The translations under genes and the position numbers were made by a program. Below the pieces are notes generated by a model, which was given only the letters and a program-made list of their open reading frames with translations, had not been told where the DNA came from and did not search any database. 26,919 nucleotides of DNA, taken from positions 62,001 to 88,919 of the forward strand of contig JADHWK010000004.1 of assembly GCA_016783505.1 (NCBI GenBank), in the 5' to 3' direction. Position 1 is the stretch's first letter, and each line of letters opens with the position of its first letter. Below, piece after piece: positions 1-7,618 of the stretch. Source of the DNA: Candidatus Zhuqueibacterota bacterium (lineage in GTDB: Bacteria > BS750m-G25).

Positions 1-56
1 AACTTCGCCCCAAAGCAGTCAAGCCCTTGACTGACCGATGAGCCAAGAAGCCCGCA

Positions 57-325
57 AGAAAATCCGAAATTCGAATATCGAAATACGAAACAAATCGGTC
101 AGGCACCCGACTGATTCAAAATCCAAATATTCCGCTGCAGGCGGATTCAAAACGGTATTTACTTCTACACAATATGGACCCGAAAATATCTGTGCTTATT
201 ATAAACCCCTAACTTACGGGGTAAAACCTGTCGTTGTTTTTATTGCTGTTTTGGATTTTGAATTTTGGTTATTCGGATTTGTTTCGTCCCGAAGTCTCGG
301 GATCGGACTTCGTACTTCGAATTCT
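57..325. repeat. MITE-like intergenic element: heptamer-periodic left arm (AAATCCG/AAATTCG/AATATCG/AAATACG) and reverse-complement-like right arm, with nested short palindromes
   Basis: 61-80 (aatccgaaattcgaatatcg) recurs exactly at 12101-12120 and 24979-24998. Right arm 249-325 (ttttggattttgaatttt...gatttgtttcg...cttcgaatt) mirrors the left arm imperfectly. Confidence 0.85.
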
Positions 326-368
326 TAATGTATTACATTCTGCAACAAAATTGCATACTTAACTAAAG

Positions 369-983
369 TTATAGATAACCCAAAGCCTCAAGCCTTTTAT
401 CAATCTTTTTCTTTTCCTCCTCGGAATACACCCCCTCCTCGACCCTTTCAATATATCGGTGTTTCTCCAGATAATCAATGACCTTGGCGGCGCTTTCCTC
501 CGGGGTCTCCCGATCCGTTTCCAGCACGACCTCAGGGTTCAACGGCTCTTCATAGGGATCGGAGATCCCGGTAAACTGTTTGATTTCCCCAGTGAGGGCT
601 TTAGAATAAAGACCCTTAATATCCCTTTTTTTAAGAACTTCTAAGGGACATTTGGCATAGACTTCCACGAAGTCCCCAATCAGATTCCGGTTGTAATCCC
701 GTATTTCCCGGTAGGGGGAGATAGCAGCACCGATGGCCACCACCCCGTTGCGGGAGAGCAGATGACAGACGAAGCCGATGCGCTTGATGTTAGTGTCCCG
801 GTCCTCCTTGCTGAAACCCAGCCCCTTGCTCAGATTGGTGCGGACCACATCCCCGTCCAACACCTCCACCTTCAGCCCCCGTTCTTTTAGTTTCTTCTCC
901 ACCAGTCGGGACACGGTGGTCTTCCCCGAACCAGAAAGTCCCGTAAACCAGATGGTAAATCCCTTTTCCACATCCTCCTCCAT
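369..983 (-). CDS. cysC: Adenylyl-sulfate (APS) kinase with a C-terminal RLEALGYL extension
   Basis: [13 protein letters not shown]-loop, [34 protein letters not shown] motifs; in an operon with sat. Confidence 0.97.
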   Translation of the reverse strand: MEEDVEKGFTIWFTGLSGSGKTTVSRLVEKKLKERGLKVEVLDGDVVRTNLSKGLGFSKEDRDTNIKRIGFVCHLLSRNGVVAIGAAISPYREIRDYNRNLIGDFVEVYAKCPLEVLKKRDIKGLYSKALTGEIKQFTGISDPYEEPLNPEVVLETDRETPEESAAKVIDYLEKHRYIERVEEGVYSEEEKKKIDKRLEALGYL

Positions 984-988
984 TAAAG

Positions 989-1216
989 TTACAGGTACCC
1001 TAAATTCTTCAATCGTCTTCGGATAAGTTGGATCTCCTCCCGGGTTAGGGATCCCCCTTCCCCGGTAGCGCCACCCCGGGAGGCCAGATCCCGCAGTACG
1101 TAGACGATAAAATCGGTGACCGAGTTAAACCCGGTGTCCTGGATAATGGACTTCAAATTGTTGTAGAGCGCCCGGGGGATCTTGATGGTGACCTTATTCT
1201 CTTTGGGTTCGGTCAT
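989..1216 (-). CDS. CopG/ribbon-helix-helix family small DNA-binding protein with a C-terminal RLKNLGYL tail
   Basis: N-terminal beta-strand KVTIKIP followed by helices ([23 protein letters not shown]) fits the RHH pattern; 5-nt gap to the cysC start. Confidence 0.8.
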   Translation of the reverse strand: MTEPKENKVTIKIPRALYNNLKSIIQDTGFNSVTDFIVYVLRDLASRGGATGEGGSLTREEIQLIRRRLKNLGYL

Positions 1217-1250
1217 GTTAATGAACCTAGCCCCGAAGGTTCAGGGCAAT

Positions 1251-1370
1251 TGGAAGAATGGAATGTTGGAATGATGGAATAATGGGGCAACAAATTGGAA
1301 TAATGGGATAATGGAATATTGGTTTAAGCTTTTACCCAACATTCCAGCATTCCAATACTCCATCATTCCA
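1251..1370. repeat. Octamer tandem repeat (TGGAATnn) followed by its inverted copies (CCAnnATT)
   Basis: tggaagaa tggaatgt tggaatga tggaataa ... tggaataa tgggataa tggaatat tgg (1251-1322), then ccaacatt ccagcatt ccaatact ccatcatt cca (1336-1370). Confidence 0.9.
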
Positions 1371-1453
1371 GAAATGCTGAAATTGGAATAATGCTTAAAT
1401 AATACTAATATTTCCAATCCCGAAACTTCGGGAGAATTTCCGAGAAGTTAAAA

Positions 1454-2833
1454 TTAGACAACAATCTTCCCTTCCACATTGGGCGGAACGTCAACGCCCA
1501 TAAGGTTCAGCACGGTGGGCATCACATCCATTACGTGGAGGCCACTTACCCTCCTACCCAACTTCTGACGGGGATCGTAGAGGATAAAAATCCCCTGCTG
1601 GGCGTGATTGGCGTCGTCGGGGCCGGTGTCATTCTCAAAGGTCCAGACCCCCGGGTTGCCAACCGTCCCCACCGACCGCCAGTCCAGGTCAGCGAAGTAG
1701 ACGATGAGGTCGGGGGGTATACCCCTCACCTCGGTATAAATGTCATCGGGCTTAAAAACCTTGGTTCCCAGCGGCCGTCCTCTATGATCGGTCAAGGCTT
1801 CCAGCTTTCTGATCAGTTCATCCCGAACCCCCTCATAATGTTCGGGCGGGATTTGACCCTGGGGTTCCCGGCCCTTAACGTTCAAAAAAAGCCGGCCGTA
1901 ATACCCTCCCGAACCCCAGGCCAGGGATTTGCCCCAGTCCACCATCTCATTTTTAAAACGGGTGGGCTCATCCACCCCGGTTTTGAGGGTCAAATACCCC
2001 TCCCGGATCAACCAATCGTTAAAACAGATCCCCCCGTCCATCTTTTTAGCACCATGATCGGAGACCACCAGAACCACCGTATCCTCGTCCAACAAGGCTA
2101 ACAGACCGCCGATCTCTTCATCCAGGTATTTGTAATAGTCAAAGATGGCATGTTCATAGGGGGAGTTCGGTTCGTATTTAATGTGCTCCCGATCCATATA
2201 TTTCCACAGCCCATGATGAACCCTATCGGGCCCCATCTCCACGAACATGAAAAAATCCCATTCTTTCGCGGTCACCAGGTAATGAACGGTCTTAAAGCGG
2301 ATTTCTGTCATTTTGTAGATTTGATGTAAAAGGTAATCCTTATCTTCGGTGCGAAAATCGTGGACATCAATTATATAATCGCCCACTTTCTCCCGAATTT
2401 CATCCTTTAATGATGAAGGATAGGTGTAGTCACTATCGGTGTCCGGCGTCAGGAAACAGCCGATCATGATACCGTTTAACGGTTTCGGGGGATAGGAGGG
2501 GGGCACACCCATAACGATGACCTTTTTCCCCTGACGGGACAGGATGTCCCACACCGTATCCTCCTTGACCGAATAGGAATTGGCGAAAAACATATCGTCG
2601 TAGGAAAAATTCTTCCGGTTTCGGAATCCGTAAAAACCCAGCCTACCCGGGTTTTTGCCGGTAACCATGGAGGCCCAGGCGGGGAGGGTGATGGGGGGGA
2701 TGGTGCTTTCCAATTCCCCGTAAATCCCGCCTTCAATGAGCTTATGCAGATTGGGTAATTTATTCTTCCAATCCCCGAAAACCAGCTGCGGGGTGGCGCA
2801 GTCCAGTCCAATAACGAATACTTTTTTAGCCAT
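1454..2833 (-). CDS. Alkaline phosphatase superfamily protein (type I phosphodiesterase/nucleotide pyrophosphatase-like)
   Basis: VIGLD metal ligand, STIPPITLPAWASMVTGKNPG nucleophile region, DRVHH, VSDHG, and a late His (DDANH). ATG at 2833 preferred over TTG at 2839. Confidence 0.9.
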   Translation of the reverse strand: MAKKVFVIGLDCATPQLVFGDWKNKLPNLHKLIEGGIYGELESTIPPITLPAWASMVTGKNPGRLGFYGFRNRKNFSYDDMFFANSYSVKEDTVWDILSRQGKKVIVMGVPPSYPPKPLNGIMIGCFLTPDTDSDYTYPSSLKDEIREKVGDYIIDVHDFRTEDKDYLLHQIYKMTEIRFKTVHYLVTAKEWDFFMFVEMGPDRVHHGLWKYMDREHIKYEPNSPYEHAIFDYYKYLDEEIGGLLALLDEDTVVLVVSDHGAKKMDGGICFNDWLIREGYLTLKTGVDEPTRFKNEMVDWGKSLAWGSGGYYGRLFLNVKGREPQGQIPPEHYEGVRDELIRKLEALTDHRGRPLGTKVFKPDDIYTEVRGIPPDLIVYFADLDWRSVGTVGNPGVWTFENDTGPDDANHAQQGIFILYDPRQKLGRRVSGLHVMDVMPTVLNLMGVDVPPNVEGKIVV

Positions 2834-2849
2834 AGCCAAACCTTAATAT

Positions 2850-2920
2850 GATTTCGGATTTCGGATTTTTTATCCGCAATTACTAATCCGCATTCCGAAA
2901 TCAGCAATCAGCAATCCACA
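2850..2920. repeat. Heptamer tandem repeats in inverted arrangement filling the sat-AlkP gap
   Basis: gatttcg gatttcg gattttt, then atccgca attacta atccgca ttccgaa atcagca atcagca atccaca. Confidence 0.85.
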
Positions 2921-2925
2921 GGATG

Positions 2926-4080
2926 TTAATCATTCCTAAATCCGCTGATCAGCACCTCTGCCACCTCGGGTCGGGTAAACTCTGGGGGGGGAACTTTCCC
3001 CTTTCTCAGCATCTCTCGGACCTTGGTGCCGCTGAAGAAGACATGATCCTCCCCGCCGTGGGGGCAGGTTTTGGTGGTAGCCATCCCGCCGCAGGGTTTG
3101 CAGTAGAAGGCATGCTCAAAAAAGAGGGGGGTGATGCCCAGTTCTGCCGGCTTGAACTCGCCAAAAATATGCTGGGCGTCGTAGGTGCCGTAGAAGTTCC
3201 CCACCCCGGCATGGTCCCGGCCAACGATAAAATGGGTGCAGCCGTAATTTTTGCGGACGATAGCGTGGAAGATGGCCTCCCGGGGGCCGGCATACCTCAT
3301 GGCGGCCGGGTTTACCACCAATGCCACCCGATCCTTTGGATAATAATTATTCAGCAGAATTTCGTAACATTTCATCCGCATTTCAGCGGAGATGTCGCCC
3401 TCTTTGGTCTCCCCCACAATGGGATGAATGAGGAGCCCGTCCACCATCTCCAGGGCGCATTTCTGCAGGTATTCGTGGGCCCGATGAATGGGGTTTCGGG
3501 TCTGAAAGCCTACTACCGTCTTCCACCCATTTTTCTGGAAAAGGGCCCGGGTTTCGGCCGGCCCCAAGCGGTATTTGAGAAAATTCCGATGGGGAACCCC
3601 TTGCAGCAGGGCAACGGGTCCGGCTAAAAGAACCTCCCCCATCCGGTAGGTGGCCGCCACCCCTGGGTGGGCCTCATCGGTGGTCAAAAAAACTTTTTGG
3701 GCTCTTTCCCTTTTATCAAATTCATATTTCTCTGAAATATCCATAACCGCAAGCAGGGTTCCCTTAGAATCCGTCAGGGCCAACCTTTCCCCTACTTTGA
3801 GCATACGGGCCTGATCCCTTTCCACTGAAAGGGTAATGGGGATAGTCCAGGGCAGACCGTTGGTCAGATGCATGCTATCCAGCACGCTCCGGTAATTCCT
3901 GCTGTCCATAAAGCCTTCCAACGGGCTTAACGCCCCGGAGGCGATCATCTCCAGGTCCGACAATTCTCTATCGTTCAGAACTATCTTTTCTAATTTGGCC
4001 GCTTTGGCTACCCATTCCCTCCGTTCATCCTCGTCCATTGACCGGTTCACCAGCCGGCCGCCGTGTGGATTAATAGCCAT
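2926..4080 (-). CDS. sat: Sulfate adenylyltransferase (ATP sulfurylase)
   Basis: PHGG.LV N-terminus, SPLEGFM, FQTRNPIHRAHEY, MRYAGPREA, GRDHAGVG, CxxC...CPH zinc site, SGTKVREML; RBS AAGGGG upstream. Confidence 0.98.
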   Translation of the reverse strand: MAINPHGGRLVNRSMDEDERREWVAKAAKLEKIVLNDRELSDLEMIASGALSPLEGFMDSRNYRSVLDSMHLTNGLPWTIPITLSVERDQARMLKVGERLALTDSKGTLLAVMDISEKYEFDKRERAQKVFLTTDEAHPGVAATYRMGEVLLAGPVALLQGVPHRNFLKYRLGPAETRALFQKNGWKTVVGFQTRNPIHRAHEYLQKCALEMVDGLLIHPIVGETKEGDISAEMRMKCYEILLNNYYPKDRVALVVNPAAMRYAGPREAIFHAIVRKNYGCTHFIVGRDHAGVGNFYGTYDAQHIFGEFKPAELGITPLFFEHAFYCKPCGGMATTKTCPHGGEDHVFFSGTKVREMLRKGKVPPPEFTRPEVAEVLISGFRND

Positions 4081-4132
4081 CGTTATCCCCTTGTTGAATC
4101 ATTACTACTAAAACACCCTTATTGTAGTGTCA

Positions 4133-4175
4133 AATATAACAAAAAAATCGGATAAAATCAAGTCTTTTATCCGAT
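4133..4175 (-). promoter_or_regulatory. Putative sigma70 promoter of the sat operon overlapped by a perfect inverted repeat (candidate operator)
   Basis: Minus strand TTGATT (4161-4156), 17-nt spacer, TATATT (4138-4133) preceded by TGn. Inverted repeat atcggataaaa (4147-4157) / ttttatccgat (4165-4175). Confidence 0.55.
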
Positions 4176-4225
4176 AATTCCAATCAGTAAATAGGTAAAT
4201 GATAATATCCACAGGGAGTTGGGGC

Positions 4226-4269
4226 ATAAATAAGAAAGGCGGAAAGGATATTCCCTTACCGCCTTTTTT
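4226..4269 (-). terminator. Intrinsic terminator after the C25 gene, probably bidirectional
   Basis: Stem aaaggcgg-a-aagg / cctt-a-ccgccttt (4235-4266); T-rich tails on both strands (minus: TTTCTTATTT; plus: TTTTTT). Confidence 0.8.
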
Positions 4270-4284
4270 GGGATGTGTTCTTCC

Positions 4285-7200
4285 TCATTTCACCAGGATC
4301 ATTTTCCTCACTTTATGAAATTCGCCGGCCTTGAAATGAACAAAATAGATACCAGAGGCAAAATCTGACCCATCCCAGGTGACCTGATGATAGCCCGCCA
4401 CTTGCCTTTTATCAACCAAAGTGGCCACCTCCTGTCCTAAGATGTTGAACATCTTTAAGGTCACCTGACCGTCATCAGGCATCTGGTATCTGATTACAGT
4501 CATAGGGTTGAACGGATTCGGGTAGTTCTGTGCCAGATCGTAATGCTGGGGGAGTAGGGATGAATCGGCCAATGCAGTAATGGGCTTGCGGGGCCAATCG
4601 CTGGTGGAAGTGGTGATCAGGATGTTGTCCAAATGATAATGGGACTCAGCAGTTTGTAAGTAGATTTCATCAAGCTGGGTAATATCAGCCAAGGACACCG
4701 TTGTTCCCTTCTGGACATCATCCATGTAAAACTTGACCGTCCCGTTTAGATCATCAATCACGAATTTGCAATTGTAAAAGGTATTGAAATCGAGATAGAG
4801 ATCCAAATCTTCATAAATGGTAACATGACCGCTGGCACTACTGTGCTGCCAGGCCTTAAAGTCCTTATTACGTTCATAGTATCTTACCCCAAAATCCTGG
4901 GTATTATCCCTATTCCTAAACTTGATTAAAAAATAATCCATATACATTTCACCAACCTGCTTGAAGTCAAATGAGATGGTGGTCACCGCCCCGCTGCCTA
5001 CGATACTTAATGGAACAGTGGTATAAAATGATTTTTTGGCATATTTCCACCCCGTGTTGTTAGCGCCGTAGTAACTCAATTCCCCATCTTCTATCAGAAA
5101 TTCCCCAGGGCTGGTATTGTACCAGGTAACCCAGCCCGAAGTATCCACCGGATGGTCAAACCCATAATAGTAGATATTCTTTCTGAAATAGACCAAATCA
5201 TCGTACCAGCCATCAGACCAGATCCACCGGGCCGGGGTATCGGTGGGCATACCGGAAACGTTATAGCCCCAGGGATCTGACCCATAGGCACCATAATCCG
5301 TAACATTGGGCCAGGAGGAATCGTCAAAATAGATGGAATTCCATCGGGCGGGATTGTTTAAAGAATATTTCCAGGAACCATCAGAGACGATCTTTATCCC
5401 ATTGGGAAGTGTCAGTTGAAAAAGAAGGCCGCCGTAAAGAAGGTCGTTTTTGCCTTTCACAGCGATAACATTTTCCCCGGAATTAAATAAAATGTGATGG
5501 GTTCCCGCCGCATGCCAGTCTTCCCTGCTACCGATCTTTCGGCTATTGACGTAGAGATCATAGGCATCATCACAGCTCATTATAATCTCATCGGTGTAAT
5601 CAATCGAATTAAACGCCAGCTCCATGGCCGGATCGCCGAAGAGGGAATATCTTTTAGCCTGCCAGACGCGAAACCAAAGCACAGATTCAAAATTTATCTT
5701 GGCCATGGTAATAGCTGGTCCCAGGGCAATGATATTATTTTCAAAAATGCATTTATAAAGTTCAAAAGATAAAATAATATTCCCGCCTTGACCGGTTCCT
5801 CCAGTAGGCGCAAAGGCCCCGATAATTCCGTATTGATGAAGGAGAAGTTTTTCAACGACCACGGGCGCCTCTTGGGTAGGGGTGGCGTCCGGGTCACATT
5901 TTTGAAAACTTCCGTTATCACAGGAGGCAGCCACTAAAAAAGGATACATTCCCAAATTAGTTAAGTTGTTGTAATTGCTGGAGTCATAGTAAAAATAGAC
6001 CAGATTATCCCACCTAGCTCCCGTGCCAAATCCATTAATGATCATTTGCCCGGTATTGACGGCATTCTCAAAAGCAGCCTCCCGGTCCGCTCTTCCAGCA
6101 TTGCCTTGCGGGTAATCTGTGCCTAATTCAGTGATTTTATCCCAATTGAGAGGGAAAAAATTATCCCGCATTAACTCAGTCATCCGTTTTATCATTGCAC
6201 CAGAACCCGGATAACCGGGTTTATCATAATCGTAGGTGATAAACAGAGCATTGTTCTTCCAGTCGGCATAGAAAGTATTATTCTCGTATTCCTCCAATTT
6301 GTTAACAAAATTATTGACTTCAGTAATCGTCTCTGCCGGAATTCGCCCTACATGTAAGTCTGGGAAATAATCCACCTGCTCACCACCATACTCATTCCAG
6401 GAAGTGGTGATGCACACATAGCCATCGTCCCGGCAAACCTCCTCTATAGTTCCAAAAAAGCAAGGGATATCTTCATAATAACCGGGCACCATATTTCCCG
6501 AGGAAGCATCGGCAATTTCCCGGCTAGAATCAGCCATCCCCTCGCTAAAGGCATCCCCTACTAGAAAAACATAGGAGGGCGTAGTGCTGGTATAATAAGC
6601 CTCCGTGATGTATCCCTTAATATCGGTGGTGGTTTCCCCGTCATAGATTTGCTTAACCCCCACCGATAGACCCTGAGAGTCTTTAAGCAATGCAAGGGTA
6701 TATACCCAACCTTCATAGTCGTAGAGTGAATTGTGAACAATGAGTAGGTAGTCTGCATCATTAAAGGGAACAAGAATTGGCGGGGGATCCGGATCTGGGT
6801 CCTCTGGTTCCCCTGGCGGTAGTCTATAAAGAGGATTAGGATCTGAATTACCCGAAGACGAACGCCGGACGGGCAATCGCCAGTCTTTAGCCGAACTGAA
6901 GTTAACCGTTGTTTTCTCGTAAATTTTTTCAAAGGCAAAATCCCCCTCACCCCCAACCGCTCCCCCGCCCAATTGCCTCCGTTGAACTTCAGCAGGGATG
7001 AATGTTTCATCAAAGCTTATTTTGACCTTTATCTTTTTGTAAACCCTCAGTTCCCCTTCAACCGGATTGTATTGAACCGGAAAAAAGGAAAGGTTGGCCA
7101 ACCTCTGGCTGCGCAGAAACCCCACATGATTGATTTTCACCGGAATTTCCGGGAAAAATTTGTTTTGGGAATAAAGATTATCATCAATATAAAATTCCTC

Positions 7201-7605
7201 TTGATAAAATCCGCTTCCATCAGAAGGAGGGCTCAATTTCGGAGCAGGATAGACTTTACCTGTTTCCCGGGTTTCATATTCTGCATCAATGATGGAAACG
7301 GTTGGTTTCCCAATAATCGGAATCCCCACATTAAACCCCTTCACCGGAAGCTGGGGCTTGCCCGCTTCCCCGTAAGGGATGAAACCATCCATTTCCAAGG
7401 TTTTAAAGCTTTGACCATTTTCGATCTTTTCCCCGAATTCTAAATTCTGGGGGGTGAGTTCAAGGATGATTTCAGATTGGGTAGATTGAAGGACTTCTAC
7501 CCCTTCGTAAAGATCACGGCCAGCAACATTTCCGGAAAACAAAAGTATCAAAACTGAAATGACAATAAAAAATGTGCCCTTTCTTTTCTTTATTATCTTA
7601 CGCAT
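4285..7605 (-). CDS. Secreted gingipain-like peptidase C25 family protein: propeptide, C25 domain, carbohydrate-binding-like beta domains and a C-terminal T9SS type A/FlgD-like sorting domain
   Basis: Signal peptide; GKPQLPV and PVQYNPV propeptide motifs; DYLLI, YVFLVGD, PDLHVGRIPA, ASC, LFGDPA; SCDDAYDLYVN...NVIAV...SDGSWK...FDDSSW...RWIW beta-sandwich; LAQNYPNPFNP...SGIYF...KMILVK. Confidence 0.9.
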   Translation of the reverse strand: MRKIIKKRKGTFFIVISVLILLFSGNVAGRDLYEGVEVLQSTQSEIILELTPQNLEFGEKIENGQSFKTLEMDGFIPYGEAGKPQLPVKGFNVGIPIIGKPTVSIIDAEYETRETGKVYPAPKLSPPSDGSGFYQEEFYIDDNLYSQNKFFPEIPVKINHVGFLRSQRLANLSFFPVQYNPVEGELRVYKKIKVKISFDETFIPAEVQRRQLGGGAVGGEGDFAFEKIYEKTTVNFSSAKDWRLPVRRSSSGNSDPNPLYRLPPGEPEDPDPDPPPILVPFNDADYLLIVHNSLYDYEGWVYTLALLKDSQGLSVGVKQIYDGETTTDIKGYITEAYYTSTTPSYVFLVGDAFSEGMADSSREIADASSGNMVPGYYEDIPCFFGTIEEVCRDDGYVCITTSWNEYGGEQVDYFPDLHVGRIPAETITEVNNFVNKLEEYENNTFYADWKNNALFITYDYDKPGYPGSGAMIKRMTELMRDNFFPLNWDKITELGTDYPQGNAGRADREAAFENAVNTGQMIINGFGTGARWDNLVYFYYDSSNYNNLTNLGMYPFLVAASCDNGSFQKCDPDATPTQEAPVVVEKLLLHQYGIIGAFAPTGGTGQGGNIILSFELYKCIFENNIIALGPAITMAKINFESVLWFRVWQAKRYSLFGDPAMELAFNSIDYTDEIIMSCDDAYDLYVNSRKIGSREDWHAAGTHHILFNSGENVIAVKGKNDLLYGGLLFQLTLPNGIKIVSDGSWKYSLNNPARWNSIYFDDSSWPNVTDYGAYGSDPWGYNVSGMPTDTPARWIWSDGWYDDLVYFRKNIYYYGFDHPVDTSGWVTWYNTSPGEFLIEDGELSYYGANNTGWKYAKKSFYTTVPLSIVGSGAVTTISFDFKQVGEMYMDYFLIKFRNRDNTQDFGVRYYERNKDFKAWQHSSASGHVTIYEDLDLYLDFNTFYNCKFVIDDLNGTVKFYMDDVQKGTTVSLADITQLDEIYLQTAESHYHLDNILITTSTSDWPRKPITALADSSLLPQHYDLAQNYPNPFNPMTVIRYQMPDDGQVTLKMFNILGQEVATLVDKRQVAGYHQVTWDGSDFASGIYFVHFKAGEFHKVRKMILVK

Positions 7606-7618
7606 TTTGATTTCTCCC

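Noticed and set aside
38-328. 96-aa plus-strand ORF
   Set aside because: Coincides with the heptamer inverted-repeat element; the translation (KIRNSNIEIRNK, LDFEFWLFGF) simply reflects the repeat units.
1251-1433. Intergenic repeats as a CRISPR array
   Set aside because: Units are 7-8 nt, degenerate and contiguous, with no unique 25-45 nt spacers and no cas genes.
2926-4080. sat as evidence of dissimilatory sulfate reduction
   Set aside because: It is paired with APS kinase, which points to PAPS synthesis; no apr, qmo or dsr genes are in the window.
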